Shown piece after piece: positions 26,247 to 32,134 of a stretch of 32,134 nt of DNA (positions are counted from its first letter, which is position 1; the number at the start of each line of letters is the position of its first letter). The translations under genes and the position numbers were made by a program. The stretch comes from Mycobacteriales bacterium. GTDB lineage: Bacteria > Actinomycetota > Actinomycetes > Mycobacteriales > SCTD01. The notes below the pieces were generated by a model. The model was not told the origin of the DNA. It ran no database searches and saw nothing but the letters and a program-made list of their open reading frames with translations. The stretch is from positions 1 through 32,134 of the forward strand of contig JBBSLB010000003.1 in assembly GCA_038255675.1 (NCBI GenBank), given 5' to 3'.

Positions 26247-27175
26247 GCGGCGACCTCGTGGGCGACAACGTGCTTGGCCGCGTAGGCCGCAGCCGCCTCG
26301 CGCACCCAGGCTCCGTCGTCGTGCGCGGCGACCCGGCGGGCCAGTCGCTCTCGGTTGCACGGGCCGTCGCCCTTCATGACGGCCGCGAACTCCGACCAGT
26401 CGATCTGCCCCGTTCGGTAGTGACCGGTCTCCTCGTCCCGTCGCAGGTCGGGGTCGGGCATGGTCAGGCCGAGGAACTCGGCCTGAGGAACAGTCGCGTC
26501 GACGAACCGCTGGCGCAGCTCGTCGTTGCTGAACCGCTTGATCCCCCAGGCCATCGACTGCGCGCTGTTGGGGCTGTCCACGTCGCTCGGGCCGAACATC
26601 ATCAGCGCCGGCCACCACCACCGGTCCAGCGCCTCCTGCGCCATCCGGCGCTGCGCCGGGGAGCCGGCGGCCAGCACCGACATCGCCTCGAAGCCCTGCC
26701 GCTGGTGGAAGGACTCCTCCTTGCAGATCCGCACCATGGCCCGGGCGTACGGCCCGTACGAGCAGCGGGTGAGCGGGACCTGGTTGACGATCGCGGCGCC
26801 GTCGACGAGCCAGCCGATCGCGGCGACATCGGCCCACGAGGTGGCCGGGTAGTTGAAGATCGTGGAGTACTTCTGCCGACCGGCGTGGAGCAGGTCGAGC
26901 AGCTCGTCGCGGTCGGCGCCGAGGGTCTCGGCGGCGCTGTAGAGGTAGAGCCCATGACCGGCCTCGTCCTGCACCTTCGCGACGAGGATCGCCTTCCGGC
27001 GCAGCGACGGGGCGCGGGTGATCCAGTTCCCCTCCGGCTGCATGCCGATGATCTCGGAGTGGGCGTGCTGCGCGATCTGGCGGACGAGCGTGCGGCGGTA
27101 GCCGTCGGGCATCTCGTCGCGCGGCTCGATCCGGTCGTCACCGGTCACGCGCGTGGTGAAGGCCTGCTCGTCCAC
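26243..27175 (-). CDS. paaA: Phenylacetyl-CoA epoxidase catalytic di-iron subunit A
   Basis: [57 protein letters not shown]; SD GAGGAGG before GTG 27175. Confidence 0.97.
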   Translation of the reverse strand: MDEQAFTTRVTGDDRIEPRDEMPDGYRRTLVRQIAQHAHSEIIGMQPEGNWITRAPSLRRKAILVAKVQDEAGHGLYLYSAAETLGADRDELLDLLHAGRQKYSTIFNYPATSWADVAAIGWLVDGAAIVNQVPLTRCSYGPYARAMVRICKEESFHQRQGFEAMSVLAAGSPAQRRMAQEALDRWWWPALMMFGPSDVDSPNSAQSMAWGIKRFSNDELRQRFVDATVPQAEFLGLTMPDPDLRRDEETGHYRTGQIDWSEFAAVMKGDGPCNRERLARRVAAHDDGAWVREAAAAYAAKHVVAHEVAA

Positions 27176-27193
27176 ACCCACCTCCTCAGTTGT

Positions 27194-27207
27194 TGAACGA
27201 TCGTTCA
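27194..27207. promoter_or_regulatory. Candidate PaaR operator
   Basis: Perfect palindrome TGAACGATCGTTCA in the 45-bp gap between divergent paaA and the TetR gene; the AACG-N2-CGTT core resembles the Thermus PaaR site as I recall it. Confidence 0.82.
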
Positions 27208-27220
27208 GTATCCTCTTCCC

Positions 27221-27817
27221 GTGAGCCAGCGACGTCAACCGGGCCGACCCGCGCGCTTCACGCGCGACGAGCTGCTCGACGTCGTGGTGGGCGAGTTCAT
27301 CGCACGCGGCTACGACGCGACGTCGATGGAGGACATCGCCCGCGCGACGGGTATGACGAAGTCGGCCGTCTACCACCACGTCGCCGGCAAGGAGGCGCTG
27401 CTCGCGCTCGCGCTGGCCCGCGCGGTCGACGCGCTGTTCGCCGTGCTCGAGGAGGCGGATGCGACGACCGGTGCCCCCGTGGACCGGCTCGAGCACGTCG
27501 TTCGGCGCGGCACCCAGGTGCTCGTGGAGCTGCTGCCGTACGTCTCGCTGCTGCTGCGGGTGCGCGGGAACACGGCGGTCGAGCGGGCAGCGCTGGATCG
27601 GCGGCGGGAGTTCGACCATCGGCTCGCCCGGCTCGTGCAGGACGCGATCGACGCGGGGCAGGTGCGCGCGGACCTGGATCCAGGACTGGTCACGCGGTTG
27701 CTGTTCGGCACCGTCAACAGCGTCAACGAGTGGTACCGCCCGGGCGGGGCGCACGACGCGGACGAGGTCGCCGACGCGGTCGTGGCGCTGTCCTTCGACG
27801 GGCTGCGCCGGCACTGA
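27221..27817 (+). CDS. paaR: TetR family regulator of phenylacetate catabolism (PaaR-type)
   Basis: [35 protein letters not shown]; [14 protein letters not shown] and EWYRP; divergent from paaA. Confidence 0.85.
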   Translation: MSQRRQPGRPARFTRDELLDVVVGEFIARGYDATSMEDIARATGMTKSAVYHHVAGKEALLALALARAVDALFAVLEEADATTGAPVDRLEHVVRRGTQVLVELLPYVSLLLRVRGNTAVERAALDRRREFDHRLARLVQDAIDAGQVRADLDPGLVTRLLFGTVNSVNEWYRPGGAHDADEVADAVVALSFDGLRRH

Positions 27818-27833
27818 CGTCGAGCCGGCCGGC

Positions 27834-29132
27834 CTACCGCAGGTCAAGGATCCGCTTGGCCTTGCCCACCGACCGGTCCAGGCTGCCGGGCGGCACCACC
27901 TCGCAGTTCACGGTGATGCCGATCGCGTGCTTGACAAGGGCGGACAGCCGTTGGCCGGCGTCGGGGTCGGCGCCCTCGGGGCGGGCCTCGACCCGGACGC
28001 AGAGCTCGTCGAGCCGTTTCGGCCGGGTCAGCACCAGGACGTAGTGCGGGGACAGCCCGTCGACCCGCAGCAACAGCTCCTCGACCTGCGACGGAAACAG
28101 GTTGACCCCACGAAGGATGATCATGTCGTCACTGCGTCCGGTGATCTTCTCGATCCGCCGCATGCTCCGGGCCGTGCCGGGCAGCAGGCGGGTCAGGTCG
28201 CGCGTCCGGTAGCGGATGACCGGCATCGCCTGCTTGGTCAGGCTGGTGAGGACGAGCTCGCCGTACTCCCCGTCGGGCAGCACGTCACCGGTCTCGGGGT
28301 CGACGATCTCGGGGTAGAAGTGGTCCTCCCAGACGTGCAGGCCGTCCTTGGTCTCGACGCACTCGCTGGCGACCCCCGGTCCGATCACCTCGGACAGGCC
28401 GTAGATGTCGACGGCGTGCAGCCCGGCCCGGACCTCGACCTCCTGGCGCATGTCCTCGGTCCACGGCTCGGCCCCGAAGACGCCGACCTTCAGCGAGCTG
28501 TCCCGCGGGTCGAGCCCCTGCCGCTCGAACTCATCGAGCAGCGCGAGCATGTAGGACGGGGTGACCAGGATGGCGTCCGGCTCGAAGTCGGTGATCAGCT
28601 GGACCTGCCGCTCGGTCATGCCGCCAGAGACGGGGATGACCGTGCAGCCGAGCCGTTCCGCCCCGTAGTGGGCGCCCAGCCCGCCGGTGAACAAGCCGTA
28701 GCCATAGGCGATGTGGACCCGCCAGCCCGGGCGCACCCCGGCGGCACGCAGCGACCGCGCGACGACGTTCGCCCACATCGAGACGTCGTCAGCGGTGTAG
28801 CCGACGACCGTCGGGCGGCCCGTGGTCCCGCTGCTGGCGTGCAGCCGTCGCACCTGGTCGTGCGGCACGGCGAACATGCCGTACGGGTAGTTCTCGCGCA
28901 GGTCGGCCTTGGTGGTCATCGGGAAGTGCCGGAGGTCGTCCAGCGTCCGGCAGTCCTCGGGTGACGCGCCGACCTCGTCGAAGGCGCGGCGGTAGTGCGG
29001 GACGTTGTCGTAGGAGTGCTGGAGGCTCCACCGCAGCCGCTCGAGCTGAAGGGCGGCCAGGACCTCCCGGTCGGCCAGCTCGATCGGGTCGAGGTCGGCC
29101 GGGTCCGGCGTCAGGTCCGGGAGCTGCCTCAC
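27834..29132 (-). CDS. paaK: Phenylacetate-CoA ligase
   Basis: [67 protein letters not shown]. Confidence 0.96.
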   Translation of the reverse strand: MRQLPDLTPDPADLDPIELADREVLAALQLERLRWSLQHSYDNVPHYRRAFDEVGASPEDCRTLDDLRHFPMTTKADLRENYPYGMFAVPHDQVRRLHASSGTTGRPTVVGYTADDVSMWANVVARSLRAAGVRPGWRVHIAYGYGLFTGGLGAHYGAERLGCTVIPVSGGMTERQVQLITDFEPDAILVTPSYMLALLDEFERQGLDPRDSSLKVGVFGAEPWTEDMRQEVEVRAGLHAVDIYGLSEVIGPGVASECVETKDGLHVWEDHFYPEIVDPETGDVLPDGEYGELVLTSLTKQAMPVIRYRTRDLTRLLPGTARSMRRIEKITGRSDDMIILRGVNLFPSQVEELLLRVDGLSPHYVLVLTRPKRLDELCVRVEARPEGADPDAGQRLSALVKHAIGITVNCEVVPPGSLDRSVGKAKRILDLR

Positions 29133-29542
29133 GGGGTCGGCCCCGGGACGGTCCGGCTGCGCCCGCGGAACTCCGCGACCGGGTCCTGCCCGCGCCGGAC
29201 CGTCACGTCGTAGACGCCGCGACGTCCGCGCACGACCCGCTCGACCGCGGTCGCCACCAGCTCGTCGCCCTCGTGCACCGGGTCGAGGAACTCGATGTCC
29301 GCACCCGCGGCCACAGCCGGCCCACGCGTGTTGCAGGCGAAGGCGAAGGCCGTGTCGGCGAGCAGGAACAGGTAGCCGCCGTGGCAGGTCCCGTGACCCT
29401 GCAGCATCTGCGCCGTCACCGTCATCCGCACCGTCGCCGAGCCGACGGCGACCTCGGTCAGCTCGATGCCCAGCGCACGGGTGGCGACGTCCTCGTCGTA
29501 CAGCTGCCGTGCGCGCTGCTCACCGTCGGCCTGCGAGGTCAT
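29129..29542 (-). CDS. paaI: Hydroxyphenylacetyl-CoA thioesterase
   Basis: Hot-dog fold GHGTCHGGYLFLLADTAFAFACN; GVYDVTV...VAEFRGRS. Confidence 0.93.
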   Translation of the reverse strand: MTSQADGEQRARQLYDEDVATRALGIELTEVAVGSATVRMTVTAQMLQGHGTCHGGYLFLLADTAFAFACNTRGPAVAAGADIEFLDPVHEGDELVATAVERVVRGRRGVYDVTVRRGQDPVAEFRGRSRTVPGPTP

Positions 29543-29590
29543 CGCCGGTGTCTAGCCGCCCGGTCCGCCGCGCGCAAGGTCACGGCTCGG

Positions 29591-30628
29591 CTAGTGCAGG
29601 TCGCGCCGCATGAACAGCACAGCGCCCACAGCGAGCACGGCGGCCACTGCCGCGGCGAGGACCAGACCACCGTGCAGGTTGCTCAGGACGATCTCGCGGC
29701 CGGAGTCGACGAAGCCGCCGTTCTCGTCGACGGTCGGCCCGTCGAAGACGTAGACGGTGCTCCCACCGCGCAGGACGAGGGCAGCGGCGTTGTCCGTGAG
29801 CAGCCACTCCTGCCAGGCGGGCCGCACCCCGCGTACGACGTTCTCCACCACGGCGAACCACACGAAGGCGACGCCGAGAGCCGCACCGGTGTTGCGCAGC
29901 AGCTGGGCCAGCCCGAAGCCCAGCAGCCCGACCAGCACGGCGAGCAGAGCGGCCCGGCCCTGCAGCGCCAGCACCTGTCCGGTGAAGCCGTCAGGTAGGT
30001 CTCCTGTGCGGCCGAGCCCGGCTGCCAACCCACGGGCGGTCAGCCACCAGACGGCCTGCGCCACGATGGCGAGCAGGGCCACCGCCCCGGCCAGCACACC
30101 CGCCTTGACGGCCAGCACGCGCAGCCGGCGCGGCTCCCAGAACAGCAGTGCCACCATCGCCCGGCTGGACCACTCGGCCCCGACAGAGGTCGCGCCGAGC
30201 AGGAACGACACGACGGCGATCCCGGCCGCCACCGGCACCGCGCCGTCGGGCAGGTCCTGCGCCAGCACGAACGGGCGCTTGGCCAGGAAGTCCTCGGTGC
30301 GGAAGTCCTCGGCGCGGGCGGGCGGTCCGCAGAACTGCTCCACCGGCACGTCCTGGGGCCGCCCAGGGTCGTCGAGGCACTGCTGCCGGAAGCCGTCCTG
30401 CTCCTCGACGATGCGGGCCACCTCGCGCTCGGCCTGCGCCAGGCCCTCCGGCGTGGTCCTGGCGTACGACGTGGCGGCCTGGAGCCCGACGACCAGGACG
30501 TAGAGCACGGCGAGGACCAGGAGCACGACACGCACGAAGCGGCGGGCGGCCAGCCGCCGCACCTCGGCCCGCGCCAGTGACGGGCGGGGCGCATCGTCGT
30601 GCACCGGCGGGGCGTGGACGGCGGTCAC
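29591..30628 (-). CDS. ABC-2 type transporter permease
   Basis: GTGA overlap with the ATPase gene; several TM helices; GATSVGAEWSSR....LL.WEPRR..VL..K. Confidence 0.88.
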   Translation of the reverse strand: MTAVHAPPVHDDAPRPSLARAEVRRLAARRFVRVVLLVLAVLYVLVVGLQAATSYARTTPEGLAQAEREVARIVEEQDGFRQQCLDDPGRPQDVPVEQFCGPPARAEDFRTEDFLAKRPFVLAQDLPDGAVPVAAGIAVVSFLLGATSVGAEWSSRAMVALLFWEPRRLRVLAVKAGVLAGAVALLAIVAQAVWWLTARGLAAGLGRTGDLPDGFTGQVLALQGRAALLAVLVGLLGFGLAQLLRNTGAALGVAFVWFAVVENVVRGVRPAWQEWLLTDNAAALVLRGGSTVYVFDGPTVDENGGFVDSGREIVLSNLHGGLVLAAAVAAVLAVGAVLFMRRDLH

Positions 30629-31539
30629 GGGGCGTCCGCGGTGAGCTCGAGGAAGACGCTCTCCAGGTCGGCGGCCACCCGGCTGAGCTCGGTCAGGTAG
30701 AGGCCCTGGCCCGCGAGCACGCGGGTGATCTCGCCCGGATCGGGTGCGGCGTGCACCTGCAGCGCGTCGCCGGTGTCCGTCGCGGTGAAGCCGGCGGCGA
30801 GGAGCACCTGCAGCGCGCGGGGGAGGTCCGGCACACCCACCCGCAGGTCCCCGGCGCCGTGCCCGGCCAGCACCGTCGCGACCGGGCCCGCGGCGACGCA
30901 CCGCCCCCGCGCGAGGATGGTCACCGAGTCGCACACCTGCTGCACCTCGGCGAGCAGGTGACTGGACAGGAAGACGGTGGTCCGGCCCTCGGCGCCCAAC
31001 CGGCGCACCAGCTCGCGCACCTCCCGGATCCCGGCCGGGTCCAGTCCGTTGCTCGGCTCGTCCAGGATGAGCAGCCGCGGGGACTTGAGCAGCGCCGCCG
31101 CAATGCCCAGCCGCTGCTTCATGCCCAGCGAGTAGCCGCGGAAGCGGTCGTGGGCCCGCTCGCGCAGGCCGACCAGATCCAGGCACTCCTCGAGCCGGCT
31201 GCGAGAGACCCCCGCCGTGTCGGCGAGCAGCTGCAGGTTGAGCCGGGCCGAGGCGCCGGGGAAGAACAGCGGCGCCTCGACGAGCGCGCCGACGCCGCCG
31301 ATCACCTCCGGGAGCGCCTGCGGCACCGGACGTCCCAGCAGCCGCAGCTCGCCGGCGTCCGGGCGGACCAAGCCGAGCAGCATCCGGATCGTGGTCGTCT
31401 TGCCTGAGCCGTTCGGGCCGAGGAAGCCGTGCACCCCACCGGACTCCACCACAAGGTCGAGCCCGTCCACCGCCTTCTCAGCAGGGCGTCGCCACCGCCG
31501 GTAGCTCTTGTGGGCCCCGGCCACCTCGATGACGGTCAC
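30625..31539 (-). CDS. ABC transporter ATP-binding protein (BcrA/drug-exporter type)
   Basis: Walker A GPNGSGKTT, signature YSLGMKQRL, Walker B LLILDEP, SSHLL. Confidence 0.95.
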   Translation of the reverse strand: MTVIEVAGAHKSYRRWRRPAEKAVDGLDLVVESGGVHGFLGPNGSGKTTTIRMLLGLVRPDAGELRLLGRPVPQALPEVIGGVGALVEAPLFFPGASARLNLQLLADTAGVSRSRLEECLDLVGLRERAHDRFRGYSLGMKQRLGIAAALLKSPRLLILDEPSNGLDPAGIREVRELVRRLGAEGRTTVFLSSHLLAEVQQVCDSVTILARGRCVAAGPVATVLAGHGAGDLRVGVPDLPRALQVLLAAGFTATDTGDALQVHAAPDPGEITRVLAGQGLYLTELSRVAADLESVFLELTADAP

Positions 31540-31591
31540 ACGGGGAACCTCCCACAGGCCTACCGCGCCGAGGGGGACTGCGGCCCAGGGC

Positions 31592-32134
31592 TCAGGCGGC
31601 GGCGCGGTCCGGCGCCTTCGCGGTCACCTTTCGGGTCATGGCGACCGGGTGCACCTTCGCGGCGGACGTGGACAGGAAGTCGTTGGGCAGCGCGAGCCGG
31701 AAGACCTTGCCCCAGGCAGAGGCCAGCTGCTTAGGCAGTGGGCCGACCACGTAGGTGAGGCCGTACCGCTCGAACAGCTCCTGGACCTTGGGCGAGATCT
31801 CCTTGTAGCGGTTGCTCGGCAGGTCGGGGTAGAGGTGGTGCTCGACCTGGAAGGACAGGTTGCCGGTCATCAGGTGCGTGAACTCGCTGCCGCTGATGTT
31901 GGCCGCACCCAGCATCTGGCGCAGGTACCACTCGCCCCGCGTCTCGCCGTCGATGCTGGTCTTCTCGAAGGTCTCGACGCCCTCGGGGAAGTGGCCACAC
32001 ATGATCACCGAGTGGGTCCACAGGTTGCGGACCAGGTTGGCGGTCGCGTTCGCGGTGAGGGTGGTGAGCGCGGACGGCCCGGACAGCAGCGGGTGCACCA
32101 GGTAGTCGCGGGTGGCCTGCTTCTTGATCTTCCC
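31592..32134 (-). CDS. Acyl-CoA/fatty acid desaturase (DesA3-like), C-terminal part (5' truncated by window)
   Basis: Frame open to the window end; RNLWTHSVIMCGHFP, GEWYLRQMLG.AN, GNLSFQVEHHLYPDLPSNRY (third His box). Confidence 0.92.
   Translation of the reverse strand, partial: GKIKKQATRDYLVHPLLSGPSALTTLTANATANLVRNLWTHSVIMCGHFPEGVETFEKTSIDGETRGEWYLRQMLGAANISGSEFTHLMTGNLSFQVEHHLYPDLPSNRYKEISPKVQELFERYGLTYVVGPLPKQLASAWGKVFRLALPNDFLSTSAAKVHPVAMTRKVTAKAPDRAAA

Overview
High-GC actinobacterial chromosomal window, densely coding (39 CDS calls, 2 truncated by the window ends). I saw no tRNA, rRNA, CRISPR array, transposase or integrase. Left arm: 3' end of an XPB/Ssl2-type helicase, GNAT, VOC, a Cys/His-motif hypothetical protein, an SMR exporter with a TetR regulator, Uma2 nuclease, F420-dependent LLM oxidoreductase, MaoC dehydratase, D-amino acid oxidase, and a stand-alone groEL with tandem CIRCE boxes. 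Middle: VOC with a perfect 18-bp operator, a Helicase_C_3/WYL protein, M20 dipeptidase, DUF192, metallophosphoesterase, a SAM-I-riboswitch-controlled threonine synthase homologue, otsA, the Cdc48-like AAA ATPase Cpa, otsB, an SSI-type lipoprotein, LytR_C and DUF3263 genes. Right arm: glutamate dehydrogenase with a structured leader, a phenylacetate upper-pathway cluster (paaABCDE, paaR, paaK, paaI), an ABC exporter and a partial acyl-CoA desaturase. Most of this looks like ordinary core genome. The best leads are: (1) the XPB-partner-like WYL protein, (2) a SAM-I riboswitch with non-canonical peripheral nucleotides in front of a thrC homologue lacking its usual sulfur-carrier neighbour, (3) an unexplained structured leader upstream of gdhA, and (4) a Gdx-like SMR under TetR rather than riboswitch control. 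All family assignments come from reading motifs and from recall; no database search was run.
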